Origin: a virus
Length of the DNA stretch: 64,000 bases
Direction: 5' to 3' (one strand)
Virus record (IMG/VR): IMGVR_UViG_3300023174_000140
Location: 1-64,000 of that record
A program made the position numbers and the translations under genes. Below the pieces are notes generated by a model. It saw only the letters and a program-made list of their open reading frames with translations, did not search any database and was not told where the DNA came from. Below, piece by piece: positions 44,820 to 55,273 of the stretch (position 1 is its first letter; each line of letters starts with the position of its first letter).

Positions 44820-45914
44820 ATGAGCGAAAATTTACCAGAGCTTACAGAAGAACAACAATTAAATCTATTGAATGAATGGAATAATCGAGTAGATAATCCA
44901 CCTTCATTAACTGAATTGGTTAAATTAGCTTTTGGTAGAGATGATCTTGATGGCAGAAGCAAAGAGGGTAAAGCTGTTAAACAATTCCTCGCAGCAAGAC
45001 AGATTAAACCACGAAAGAGTCACGAATATCAAGCTAAAGGTCTTATAGAATTAACAGAAGATCAAAAAGAATACATTAGCAATAATTGCGCTACAATGAC
45101 AGGAATTGAAATAGCTAAAATTTTATTTAAAAACGAATCATTAACAAATCTTTGCCAAGAAACTAGAAGCGTTCTTGATTATATGAAAACTATACCTAGT
45201 AATATCAAATATCTTAATGACGTAAATCAAAATGCTGCTACAGAAGTTTATAAAGCTCCGCGAAGCGAAGAAAGAATGATTGTCAAAATAAATAAATATA
45301 TATTAGATGGAATTGATAAAGAAAAGATTACTCCAAGACAAAAAAAAGAAATAAATTCTTTGATTGGTTATATGAATACTTATAGATTTACTCATCAAAT
45401 TAATCTTTATAGCGATGAAAATGATAGAGATCTTTTTGAAAGTAGTTTCGTTAGATATACTTATGATAAAAGTGATTTAACTCAAGAGGAAGTAGATCAA
45501 TATATTGTATTAGCTACAGAAGTAGTAATATCATCTAGCATTCAACAAACAATTACAGCATTACAAGATCAAATAGATATAGCGACTCAAGAAGATGGTA
45601 AAATTCCAATGGCAGTAGTAGAAGCTAGTAGCACAGCAAGAAAAGAGTACAATGACTGCGTTAATCGTCAACAAAAATTATTACAAGATCTTAAAGTTAA
45701 AAGAAGCGAAAGACTTAGTAAACAAGTTAAAGAAAACGCCAGTATCTTAAATCTTGTCGAAATGTGGAAGCAAGAAGAGTCAAGGCAAAAACTATTAAAA
45801 ATAGCAGAACTTAGAAAAAATAGTATTAAAAAAGAAATCGAACGACTTGGTTCAATGGAAGAATTAAAAGCTAGGATACTTGGAATATCAGAGGACGATA
45901 TTTTAAACGGATAA
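44820..45914 (+). CDS. hypothetical protein (HTH-like + coiled coil; possible terminase small subunit)
   Basis: position upstream of terminase large subunit; helical C-terminus. Confidence 0.45.
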   Translation: MSENLPELTEEQQLNLLNEWNNRVDNPPSLTELVKLAFGRDDLDGRSKEGKAVKQFLAARQIKPRKSHEYQAKGLIELTEDQKEYISNNCATMTGIEIAKILFKNESLTNLCQETRSVLDYMKTIPSNIKYLNDVNQNAATEVYKAPRSEERMIVKINKYILDGIDKEKITPRQKKEINSLIGYMNTYRFTHQINLYSDENDRDLFESSFVRYTYDKSDLTQEEVDQYIVLATEVVISSSIQQTITALQDQIDIATQEDGKIPMAVVEASSTARKEYNDCVNRQQKLLQDLKVKRSERLSKQVKENASILNLVEMWKQEESRQKLLKIAELRKNSIKKEIERLGSMEELKARILGISEDDILNG

Positions 45915-45918
45915 ATTT

Positions 45919-46854
45919 ATGCCAGTTATATGTAAAGTAGATGGAAAAGAATTTCCAACCGAGAAGGCATTACACATGTCACTCAAGGGTTATGGTTTGA
46001 ATAAAGTTAAATATTATCAAACATATTTTGAAAGACGAGATTTACTAACAAATGAGCTTATTAATTTTAAGACTAAAGAGCAATATTTAAATAGCGATTT
46101 TAATGATAAGAATAATATGAAAAAATGGCTAAAGCAACAGCCAATTGAAAAAGCTCAAGAATATTGTAAGCAACTACTATCTAAAAGAAAAGATGATAAA
46201 AACTTAACCTATAGCCCTTCTCAAGTAGAGTTAAGAACTATTATGGCGCCATCTATACTTTTCTACAATAAAATATTTAATGATTATTATGATGTATGCT
46301 CAAGCCTAGGACTAGAGAATAGATTCATACATCCAAATAATATAATAGATCAATTTAAAAATAAATTAAATAAGAAATCAATTATCTATGTTGATACAAG
46401 AGAACAAAGTTGGTTAAAGTTTGATACAAAGTTTGAGATTAAGACTTTACCATTTGGAGATTATTCTTGCAGTAACGATAATTGTAAATGCTTTATAGAA
46501 AGAAAAAGTTTAAGTGATTTCATTAGCACATTAAGTGTTAAAAACTTTGATAGATTTAAAAATGAAATAGATCGAGCAAAGAAAAGTGGAGCATATTTGA
46601 TTGTTATAGTTGAAGAAAAATTATCTAACGCACTTAGTTTTCAATATCTTCCGCATATTAGCAAAAAAATTAAAGCAACTCCAGAATATATATTTCATAA
46701 TGTCAGAGAATTATTGCAAAACTATGATAACCTACAATTTTTATTTGTAGACGGAAGAGGAGAGATGACAAGAGTAATTGAATCTATTTTTACATCAAAT
46801 TGTTTTTATAGACAAGTAGATCTTCAATTAGCTTATGACCTAAAACTATTATGA
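45919..46854 (+). CDS. ERCC4-domain (XPF/Mus81-type) nuclease
   Basis: YVDTREQ, LPFGDYS, IERKSLSDF, RF..EI.RA, VIVEE. Confidence 0.85.
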   Translation: MPVICKVDGKEFPTEKALHMSLKGYGLNKVKYYQTYFERRDLLTNELINFKTKEQYLNSDFNDKNNMKKWLKQQPIEKAQEYCKQLLSKRKDDKNLTYSPSQVELRTIMAPSILFYNKIFNDYYDVCSSLGLENRFIHPNNIIDQFKNKLNKKSIIYVDTREQSWLKFDTKFEIKTLPFGDYSCSNDNCKCFIERKSLSDFISTLSVKNFDRFKNEIDRAKKSGAYLIVIVEEKLSNALSFQYLPHISKKIKATPEYIFHNVRELLQNYDNLQFLFVDGRGEMTRVIESIFTSNCFYRQVDLQLAYDLKLL

Positions 46855-48695
46855 TATACTCTCCAGATAAATATAAAAAAGATTATCCAGACATTAATAC
46901 AGAATTAATGAATCTTAAAGGTATTCTTAACGATAAAGATGCAAAAATATCTCTTGCTAAATTTTTAAGAGCCAATTTAGGATTTACTACTGAACTTATA
47001 AGTGGTATCAAATTAGCTCCGTATCAAGAAATTCATCTTAAGGGTTTATTAAATAGAAACTTTAGTATGTGCGTATTTGGTCGAGGTTGTGGTAAGAGTT
47101 TTATCGCAAGCGTATTTTGTTTTCTTCAATGCGTTTTTGAGCCTAATACTAAAATTCTAATTGCAGGGCCAACTTTTCGAACAGCTAGATTCATATTTAA
47201 TAATCTAGAAAAAATTGTAAATAGTAAAGGCGCAGAACTTCTTCAACAAGCTTTTGGTTCAAAAAGCAAAAGAAATGATCAATATGAATGGTCGATTAAT
47301 GGTGGAAGCATTGTAGCTATTCCTTTAAGTGGAGAAAAGATTCGAGGATTTCGCGCTAACGTATTAGTGCTTGACGAGTTCCTTTTGTTGTCAGAGGATA
47401 TTGTTAAAACTGTATTGATGCCATTCTTGGTTGCCCCACAAAATATGAAAGAAAGAATGGAGATTAGAGAAATGGAAGACACTTTAATACGAGAGGGAGC
47501 AATGAAAGAAGAAGATCGAATGGTTTTTGAAAATAACAGTAAAATGATAGCTCTTTCTTCTGCAAGTTACACATTTGAGAATCTTTATAAAACGTACAAC
47601 GAATGGATAGAAAAAATTTATTCAAAAGAAGCCACAGAAGCATCTTATTTCGTATCTCAATTAAGTTATGAAGCTTTACCACTAGAGATGATAGATAAAA
47701 CAATTATTGAAGAAGCTCAAAACGGTGGATCAAGTCATAGTAGTTTCTTAAGAGAATATTGCGCAAGATTTATTGATGGTAGTGATAGTTATTTTAGCGC
47801 TAAAAAGATGGAAGACTGCACGATTCCAAATGGTCAATCTCCACATACTTTAATGAAAGGGATTCCTGGAAAAAAATATATTCTTGGTATTGATCCTAAT
47901 ATGAGCGATAGCCCTAATGCAGATTATTTTGCCATGGCAGTAATGGAGATTGATGAAGAAACTAAAACTGGCACATTAGTTCATACTTATGCTGGATTAG
48001 GAAACTTAAAAAATCATGTTAATTACTTATATTATATTATGACTAATTTTAATATTGTATTTATGATTTTGGATAACGCTGGCGCAGATGTATTTCTTTC
48101 TGCTTGTAATCAATCTGAATTATTTAAAAGCAATAATTTAATAATCAATACTTTTGAATTTAACTCTGATCTAGAAGGAGTAGACTATGATCAAGAAATT
48201 AGAAAAATTAGAAATAATTATAATTTAGAATCCAAGAAAATAGCTTTTAACCAAGTCTTTACAAGCAACTTTATTCGTAAAGCTAACGAGCATCTACAAG
48301 CATCTATTGATTATAAAAAAATATGGTTCGCTAGTAAAACTTGTGCAAATGATAGCTTTTTTGAATCTCAGTTTAATCAAAATATACCAATAGATTTAAT
48401 GAAAACAGAGGAAAAGAAAGATTGGTCTACTCTAGACTTTATTGAAAATCAGGATGACTTTATATATCAAACTAAAAAACAATGTACCCTAGTAGAGCAT
48501 TCATCTACCGCTAGAGGTACACAATCATTTGATTTACCTCAACACTTAAAAAGAAGTTCTTCAGCGAATAAAGCTAGAAAAGATAATTATTCTGCACTTT
48601 TATTAGTAAATTGGGGTTTAAAGTGCTATAATGATATAATAAACGCACCAAAAGAAGAAATATCACAGACTTTCACCCCAATAATGATAAAATAA
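46851..48695 (+). CDS. terL: terminase large subunit
   Basis: LAPYQ, GRGCGKSF, IRGFRANVLVLDE, FLREYCARF, RNase H-like ILGIDP, KDNYSA. Confidence 0.9.
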   Translation: MIYSPDKYKKDYPDINTELMNLKGILNDKDAKISLAKFLRANLGFTTELISGIKLAPYQEIHLKGLLNRNFSMCVFGRGCGKSFIASVFCFLQCVFEPNTKILIAGPTFRTARFIFNNLEKIVNSKGAELLQQAFGSKSKRNDQYEWSINGGSIVAIPLSGEKIRGFRANVLVLDEFLLLSEDIVKTVLMPFLVAPQNMKERMEIREMEDTLIREGAMKEEDRMVFENNSKMIALSSASYTFENLYKTYNEWIEKIYSKEATEASYFVSQLSYEALPLEMIDKTIIEEAQNGGSSHSSFLREYCARFIDGSDSYFSAKKMEDCTIPNGQSPHTLMKGIPGKKYILGIDPNMSDSPNADYFAMAVMEIDEETKTGTLVHTYAGLGNLKNHVNYLYYIMTNFNIVFMILDNAGADVFLSACNQSELFKSNNLIINTFEFNSDLEGVDYDQEIRKIRNNYNLESKKIAFNQVFTSNFIRKANEHLQASIDYKKIWFASKTCANDSFFESQFNQNIPIDLMKTEEKKDWSTLDFIENQDDFIYQTKKQCTLVEHSSTARGTQSFDLPQHLKRSSSANKARKDNYSALLLVNWGLKCYNDIINAPKEEISQTFTPIMIK

Positions 48696-48714
48696 GTGTA
48701 ATATCTTTAAATAA

Positions 48715-50655
48715 ATGAGTAAAAAAAATAAAATCCATCAAGTTGAAGCATCTATAGCTATACCAAAAGAAGAAGCAACACCATTAATGGTATATGGATC
48801 TGATTCTTCTAGCGCCAAAAGAGCTAAAATATCTGAAATTAGAGCCAATACAACCTCAACAAGAAGAAACGCTGCGTCCACCATAGAAAGAACTAATAGA
48901 TTCACTAATATTGATACAGGATTAATTCCTTTTAGATATTCTAATTATGTAAAAAATCTTTCAACTTTAGATGTTAGAGATGCTATTATTTTATGCCAAA
49001 AGGCTTATTATAATGTAGCTATTTTCAGAAATACAATTGATTTAATGACAGAATTTTCTGATAGTCCAATTTACTTAACTGGCGGAAGTCAAAAGTCAAG
49101 AGAATTTTTTGAAGCATATTTCAAAAAAATTAATTTAGCAAGTTTTCAAGATCAATTTTTTAGAGAATATTATAGAAGTGGGAATGTATTTACTTATAGA
49201 TTTGATACTTCTTTGAGCAGCGAGCAACTATTAAAAATAACACAAACTTTTGGTTCAAAATTAAAATCCATAGCTCAAGATGGAGATATTAAAATTCCAG
49301 CAAGATATACTATAATTAATCCAGCAGATGTTTATGTTGGTGGCACAGTAAATTATTCTTTTAATACATATTATAAATTATTGAGTGATTACGAATTAGA
49401 AAGATTAAGAGACCCAAAAACTGATGAGGATATAGAAGTATACAATTCTATGCCAGATATTGTTAAAGAACAAATAAAAAATAAAGGAAATTCTTATATT
49501 CTAATGCCATTAGATAGAACCAAATTAGCGGCAGTTTTTTATAAGAAGCAAGATTACGAACCACTTTCCATTCCAATGGGATTCCCAGTACTTGATGATA
49601 TCAACTGGAAACTTGAAATGAAGAAGATGGATATGGCCGTTACAAGAACAACCCAACAAGCAGTTCTTCTTGTAACAATGGGAACTGATCCAGAAAAAGG
49701 TGGAGTTAATCAAAAAAATCTTCAGGCTATGCAACAATTATTTGAGAACCAAAGCGTTGGTAGAGTTCTAATCGCAGATTATACAACTAAAGCAGAATTT
49801 GTAATTCCAGATATTGGAAATCTTATTGGGCCTCAAAAGTATGAAGTAGTAGATCGTGATATTCAAATTGGATTGAATAATATTCTTATTGGTAATGAAA
49901 AATTTGCAAATACAAGCATCAAGGTTCAAGTGTTTGTTCAAAGATTAAAGCAAGCTAGAGAAGTATTCATCAATGAATTCTTAATTCCAGAAATTAGAAG
50001 AATGAGTAAAGATATTGGCTTTAAGAATTTTCCAACTCCAACCTTCCAAGATATAGACATCAAAGATGATGTTCAATATTCTAGAATTTATAATAGGCTA
50101 GTTGAATTAGGAGTATTAACCGCAGAAGAAGGATTAGCTGCAATTGAAACTGGAAGATTACCAACCCAAGAAGAATCTCTAGAATCTCAAAGGAAATTTA
50201 AAGAATTAAGAAACGAAGGTCTTTATCAACCGCTTATTGGCGGATCAACTCCTCAAGCAGGAAGACCAGCTGGTACAACTGGAATACCTCAAAGCACAAA
50301 AAATGTAAGTCCAATTGGTAAAAAACCAACTCAAACTAAAGCTAATTTTTCAATAACAAAAATTAAAGAGAATATTCTAGCTATTCAAACTCTAGAAGAA
50401 GAAGTAAAATCTGCAGTTAGAAAGAAGTTTAATGTTAAAAAATTAAGCAATCAACAAAAGGAAAATGCAGAAAAGATATCTGAAATTATCATAGCTAACG
50501 AAAATCCAGAAAATTGGGTATCTAAAATTGAAGAATACATAGAAAAACCATTTGATAAAAATCAAGATAATCTCAACGAAATACAAGAAATAGCAGCACA
50601 ACATCAAGTAACTGAATATTTAGCTAGTATATTATATCACAGTAAATTTAATTAA
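48715..50655 (+). CDS. portal protein
   Basis: 646 aa directly after terL; AYY...FRN.IDLM.EF, FFREYYRSGNVF; synteny. Confidence 0.7.
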   Translation: MSKKNKIHQVEASIAIPKEEATPLMVYGSDSSSAKRAKISEIRANTTSTRRNAASTIERTNRFTNIDTGLIPFRYSNYVKNLSTLDVRDAIILCQKAYYNVAIFRNTIDLMTEFSDSPIYLTGGSQKSREFFEAYFKKINLASFQDQFFREYYRSGNVFTYRFDTSLSSEQLLKITQTFGSKLKSIAQDGDIKIPARYTIINPADVYVGGTVNYSFNTYYKLLSDYELERLRDPKTDEDIEVYNSMPDIVKEQIKNKGNSYILMPLDRTKLAAVFYKKQDYEPLSIPMGFPVLDDINWKLEMKKMDMAVTRTTQQAVLLVTMGTDPEKGGVNQKNLQAMQQLFENQSVGRVLIADYTTKAEFVIPDIGNLIGPQKYEVVDRDIQIGLNNILIGNEKFANTSIKVQVFVQRLKQAREVFINEFLIPEIRRMSKDIGFKNFPTPTFQDIDIKDDVQYSRIYNRLVELGVLTAEEGLAAIETGRLPTQEESLESQRKFKELRNEGLYQPLIGGSTPQAGRPAGTTGIPQSTKNVSPIGKKPTQTKANFSITKIKENILAIQTLEEEVKSAVRKKFNVKKLSNQQKENAEKISEIIIANENPENWVSKIEEYIEKPFDKNQDNLNEIQEIAAQHQVTEYLASILYHSKFN

Positions 50656-50674
50656 TTTTGTGTAATTTTATTAA

Positions 50675-50983
50675 ATGCGTACATTTAATGGATTACAAGT
50701 ATTTACTACTCAACTGACTAATTCTGGACAATTAGATCTTAGATATATTAGAATTACTGGAAACCAAGACGTACAAAATTTAAAAACTTTTAATGATGGT
50801 TTAGTTTTATCTAAAAATAATTCAGTTAGTATACCAAGCTCTTCAAATCCTGTCTCTAGTCCAGTCGGAGTAACTGGGCAGATGATATTTTCATCTCCTC
50901 ATATTTACATATGCACACAAGTAGATCAACCTAACAACTTGTATACTTGGAAAAGACTAATGATACAGGATTTTCCATTATGA
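50675..50983 (+). CDS. small fibre-module protein, paralogue of 52790
   Basis: MRTFNGLQVFTTQLTNSGQLD.RY; G..GQ..YIC..W.R module. Confidence 0.7.
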   Translation: MRTFNGLQVFTTQLTNSGQLDLRYIRITGNQDVQNLKTFNDGLVLSKNNSVSIPSSSNPVSSPVGVTGQMIFSSPHIYICTQVDQPNNLYTWKRLMIQDFPL

Positions 50984-52725
50984 GCTTAAAATCAGTCCAA
51001 ACATACGAAGTTGGCGCTAATGGAGTTCTTAAACCAGTTCCTAATCTTGTATTTCAAACAGATGGTTGTGGTAATACAATTTTAGGAGGATCATGTTCTG
51101 ATCTAATAGATGTAAGCAATATAAGCGTTGATGGTTCTGGAAAATTCCTAGGTTTCGTTGATTATAATATATCTGCTGTAATTGTTGGAGGGGCATGTAA
51201 TGTTAGTAATAATGCTGGGGCTTCTTTTATAGGAGCTGGACAAAATAATTTTATAACTGGTTCTACATGTGCTCTTTATTTTACTGATCCCATATACGGA
51301 TACAGTCCTAGTTGTTACATTCATGGTTCAAGAAGTTTTATTGGCGGTGGAACAAATAATTCTGTATGTAGTGCAAAATCAGTAATAGTTGGTGGACATA
51401 ATAACAGCATAAAAGGAACAACCTGCGCTCAGATGCAACAAGGTTACCCATACAACATTCAATATCCAGGAACAATAACAGGTGAATATCCAGATACTCA
51501 GACTGTATTTGGTACGTCTAATTTTGGTATTATATGCAGTGGTCCTGGATACAATGGAATAGTTGGTGGAAAAAATAATTCCATTGATGCAATTTTTTCA
51601 ATTATTGGCGGAGGTTTAAATAATAAAATTATTTCAGAAAGAGAAAGGGTAACATATTATAATAACGGAACACTTCCTATTAATGGTAATTTAAGTGGAC
51701 AATTTAATTTTATTGGTGGAGGAGAAAATATTTTAATAAACAATTCTTGCCATTCTGCAATATTAGGAGGAAAAAATAATTCAATTGATAAAAGCAATAG
51801 TTCTGTATTAGTAGGTGGATGTTGTAATTTAATAACTGGAGTTCCAAGAGGACCTGGTGGTGGAGCTAATTTGTCAAGACTTCCTGGTTCCAATGATACT
51901 TTAGTAGGGGGATTCCGTAACTGTATTATTACAACCGCTGGCTACGGGAGTAATCAGTTTATTGGTGGAGGAGCATGTAATATTTCTTCTGGAGTTTATG
52001 GGAGCGTAATTATTGGAGGAATGAATAATATTAGCAAGAGTAGTGAAGCTTTTATATTTGATTCTGACTCAGTTAATGTTATACTTGGAGGATCTTGTAA
52101 TTCAATTTCTGGAGGACAAAATGTAATTTTTGGAGGTCTTTTTAATAAAATAACTTCAAATTGTTGTTCATCAATTATAGGTGGAAATTGTAATACTATA
52201 ACAAGTAATTGTGCATCTATTGTAGGCGGCTTTCGTAATAATGTTTCTCATCTTGGAGCAGTATTAATCGGAGATTATACTTCTAGAACTAAAACTTCAG
52301 CAGGAAATCATACTCTTTCTTTAGATTTTGCATCTGGAATACTTTTAAGATCTGAATGTGTGCCATTAACTCACACAAGCAATGGATATAGTGGGCAAAT
52401 TAGTTTTGATAAAGATTATTTTTATAGACATAATGGTGATTATTGGACAAAAACACCAATGCTAACTGGATCTGGATCACAAATAATAATACAAAACCAA
52501 GGGTCCAATCAAAGCATAGCTTCTATATTAAATTTTTCTGGAAATGGAGTATCAACTTATACAGTTGGATCAATTGCTACGATTATAATAAGCGGAACAT
52601 CTTTTGCAAATCCACCCGCAAATTTTAATAGCCCTGGTACTCTTGGGCAGATTGCATATGATGCTAATTATCACTATAGACATAACGGAACAAATTGGAC
52701 AAGAACAGCAATGTCCATTTGGTAA
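50980..52725 (+). CDS. tail fibre-like protein with IGGGxxN repeats
   Basis: many (I/V)(I/V)GG.xN repeats; two GQI.(F/Y)D..Y.YRHNG..W modules. Confidence 0.7.
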   Translation: MSLKSVQTYEVGANGVLKPVPNLVFQTDGCGNTILGGSCSDLIDVSNISVDGSGKFLGFVDYNISAVIVGGACNVSNNAGASFIGAGQNNFITGSTCALYFTDPIYGYSPSCYIHGSRSFIGGGTNNSVCSAKSVIVGGHNNSIKGTTCAQMQQGYPYNIQYPGTITGEYPDTQTVFGTSNFGIICSGPGYNGIVGGKNNSIDAIFSIIGGGLNNKIISERERVTYYNNGTLPINGNLSGQFNFIGGGENILINNSCHSAILGGKNNSIDKSNSSVLVGGCCNLITGVPRGPGGGANLSRLPGSNDTLVGGFRNCIITTAGYGSNQFIGGGACNISSGVYGSVIIGGMNNISKSSEAFIFDSDSVNVILGGSCNSISGGQNVIFGGLFNKITSNCCSSIIGGNCNTITSNCASIVGGFRNNVSHLGAVLIGDYTSRTKTSAGNHTLSLDFASGILLRSECVPLTHTSNGYSGQISFDKDYFYRHNGDYWTKTPMLTGSGSQIIIQNQGSNQSIASILNFSGNGVSTYTVGSIATIIISGTSFANPPANFNSPGTLGQIAYDANYHYRHNGTNWTRTAMSIW

Positions 52726-52789
52726 AGTTTAATAAAAATAATAGTGTAATCCTTTCTAAGGATAATTTATTTCGAGTGTAATATATTTT

Positions 52790-53077
52790 ATGCGTACGTT
52801 TAATGGATTACAAATATTTACTTCACAGCTTACTAATTCTGGGCAATTAGACGCTAGATACGTAACTTTAAATACGAACCAAACTATAACTGGATTAAAA
52901 ACTTTAAAAAGTGATTTAATTTTTCAACCAAGCTATGTACCTTCTAATCCTAATTCTCCAGGATATAGCGGACAAATAGCCTTTAATAGAGATTATCTTT
53001 TTATTTGTGTTAGCGGAAATGGAATCAATGGAGATTGGAGATCTACACCAATTGCTACAAATTGGGCTTTAAACTAA
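52790..53077 (+). CDS. small fibre-module protein, paralogue of 50675
   Basis: MRTFNGLQIFTSQLTNSGQLDARY. Confidence 0.7.
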   Translation: MRTFNGLQIFTSQLTNSGQLDARYVTLNTNQTITGLKTLKSDLIFQPSYVPSNPNSPGYSGQIAFNRDYLFICVSGNGINGDWRSTPIATNWALN

Positions 53078-53078
53078 T

Positions 53079-54800
53079 ATGAGTAATATTACATACAATC
53101 AAGTCTTGAGTCTTCAAAAAGTCCCAAATGGAGGGTTCGCTTACATTAATGCAAATGAAGGAATAACTCTTAATAGTGGTCAGCAATTTTTTATTGATAC
53201 CGTTGGTACTGGATTTTTTCCACCAGTATCTTTGGCCTCTACAGATAAAAACAAATATAGAAAACAAAAATGGTTAAGTATAGGTTTAGAAGGAAATACT
53301 TTTAGAAGATATATTAACGAAAATAGTGGACTATTAGGTATTCCTGAAAATTTACAACCTGGAAATTTTGTTTATTATACTATTGAGCCTAAAAGCAGTC
53401 TACTAGAATCTGGTGCAGGAAATTCAAACACTAGATACATATCTTCTTTAAGAGCAAAACCTTATATGGTAATGGAAAATGATGCGAAAAGAGATAACAG
53501 TTATGAAAAAACTCCAGCCAGTCTTTTTACTGGAGTTTCTGGAAATAACAACTTTGTCGTATTTCATCCCAAAAGTAAATATAGCGGATTAGCTTTACAA
53601 TCAATAAGATTTCATCCAATTATTGGCAATGGATATTCAAATTATGACCTAGTAAGTGGAAAGATAATAAATATTCAACCAAAAAATCATCATCTTGAAA
53701 CATTTATAGAAATTAATGTTAAAAGTGGCAATAAAATTAATTATGGTAATAAAGATAGACAATCCTACTTTTTAACATATCCAACTATAGCTAGTGGAAG
53801 AGGAATTGGTATAGTAGGAGCACCAATTTTAGAAGCTAACGGAATTTATGTAGGAAATAATTCTAACCTTGAGCCAAGTTATTGGATAAATGAAAATAAT
53901 TATAGACTATATAATAGCGGTAGTACCAATTTATACGTAATAGCTCAACCAAAAAATTCAAATATTAGTTACAGTATAGCTCCTGATTTAATTAATTTTA
54001 CAAATATATATAGATCATCTGGAAATGCAACTTATCCATATAATTATACTAGATTTGCAGATAATAATCATACATATTTAGGTCAAAATAGCATCTATAC
54101 CTCTGGATGGAGAAACGTAAACGATTCTTCGAGTGTCCCATTAAAGGTTTCTAGTATGTCACTTAGCCAGACTAACAATACTCCTTCTTTATATGTTTTA
54201 AGTAGCGGCAAAAGATTTGGTTCTTTTGCAAGCGCAAATGTTAATCCAACAGGAGCATATTTATTACCTAAATTTTCTATAAATGATTTACCTCCTGTTA
54301 AAATTGGAAAATATATGAGATTTACAACTGACGTTAGAGGAGCTGCATATACTTCGGCTTCAACTTTAACTGCTAATTTAAGATATTTTAATCCTAATTT
54401 TATATTCGAAAACGATGGTATTTCTTATTTTCCAAATACAACATCGTATTCTTTACAAAATGAAATTATTAAAAAAGAAAGAGTTAATTTTAAAAAAGCG
54501 CTATCACCTAATCTGCATCAAGCTAAAAAAGTTAATTTAAAAATTAAATTTGATAGAGATGATAAAGCAGAACAGACCCTGCTAGTTATCAAAAACACTT
54601 ATCCTGTTGTGGAAAAAACGTATATTGGTTATGATAGAGTGCTAGAATTCTATGATGAAAAAGATAATAATACTTATTCCCAAATTCCATTTTATGCAAT
54701 TTCTGGAAGAGATTATGAATTTAATCAAAATGAACTTTTCATATATAAGTCTAGACCAGACTTTAATGATCCAAACCAACAAAGTGTAATTAGATGGTAA
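53079..54800 (+). CDS. putative virion structural protein
   Basis: 573 aa, N/S/G/Y-rich, within structural block. Confidence 0.65.
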   Translation: MSNITYNQVLSLQKVPNGGFAYINANEGITLNSGQQFFIDTVGTGFFPPVSLASTDKNKYRKQKWLSIGLEGNTFRRYINENSGLLGIPENLQPGNFVYYTIEPKSSLLESGAGNSNTRYISSLRAKPYMVMENDAKRDNSYEKTPASLFTGVSGNNNFVVFHPKSKYSGLALQSIRFHPIIGNGYSNYDLVSGKIINIQPKNHHLETFIEINVKSGNKINYGNKDRQSYFLTYPTIASGRGIGIVGAPILEANGIYVGNNSNLEPSYWINENNYRLYNSGSTNLYVIAQPKNSNISYSIAPDLINFTNIYRSSGNATYPYNYTRFADNNHTYLGQNSIYTSGWRNVNDSSSVPLKVSSMSLSQTNNTPSLYVLSSGKRFGSFASANVNPTGAYLLPKFSINDLPPVKIGKYMRFTTDVRGAAYTSASTLTANLRYFNPNFIFENDGISYFPNTTSYSLQNEIIKKERVNFKKALSPNLHQAKKVNLKIKFDRDDKAEQTLLVIKNTYPVVEKTYIGYDRVLEFYDEKDNNTYSQIPFYAISGRDYEFNQNELFIYKSRPDFNDPNQQSVIRW

Positions 54801-54803
54801 TTT

Positions 54804-54986
54804 ATGAAATATTTTTTACATAGCTCTAATAACGTGACCATCTCTGCAGTCCATAAGGACAACAGAAAGAGTCTAGAGAATCAAGCTCGCACCCGTAAAA
54901 AGATGCAAACAAATTCAAGTGATTTTCCCCAAAGTCTATACAGACCATATGGGGGGGTCACGTTATTAGAGGGAGTAAAAATATGA
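54804..54986 (+). CDS. hypothetical protein
   Basis: coupled ORF. Confidence 0.5.
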   Translation: MKYFLHSSNNVTISAVHKDNRKSLENQARTRKKMQTNSSDFPQSLYRPYGGVTLLEGVKI

Positions 54987-55225
54987 AAGAAAGAATAGAG
55001 TTAAAATATATAAATCTGGATGGAAAACTTATTAAAGTCCAAGGAGAGAATTTATATTTTAATAATAAGCAAATAAATCTGGATGGAAGTGCAGGCTTAT
55101 TTAAGAGTGCTCCAGTTTCTGCCAATTCATCAGGGACTGCGGGAGATATTGCTTTTGATAATCAGTATTATTATATCTGCATAGCTACAAATACTTGGAT
55201 AAGAACGGCTTTGGCCTCTTGGTAA
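54983..55225 (+). CDS. small fibre-module protein
   Basis: SSGTAGDIAFDNQYYYICIATNTWIRTALASW. Confidence 0.7.
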   Translation: MKERIELKYINLDGKLIKVQGENLYFNNKQINLDGSAGLFKSAPVSANSSGTAGDIAFDNQYYYICIATNTWIRTALASW

Positions 55226-55273
55226 ATATTAAATTTAAAATAATAGTGTAATCCTATATAAGGATTAAGGATA

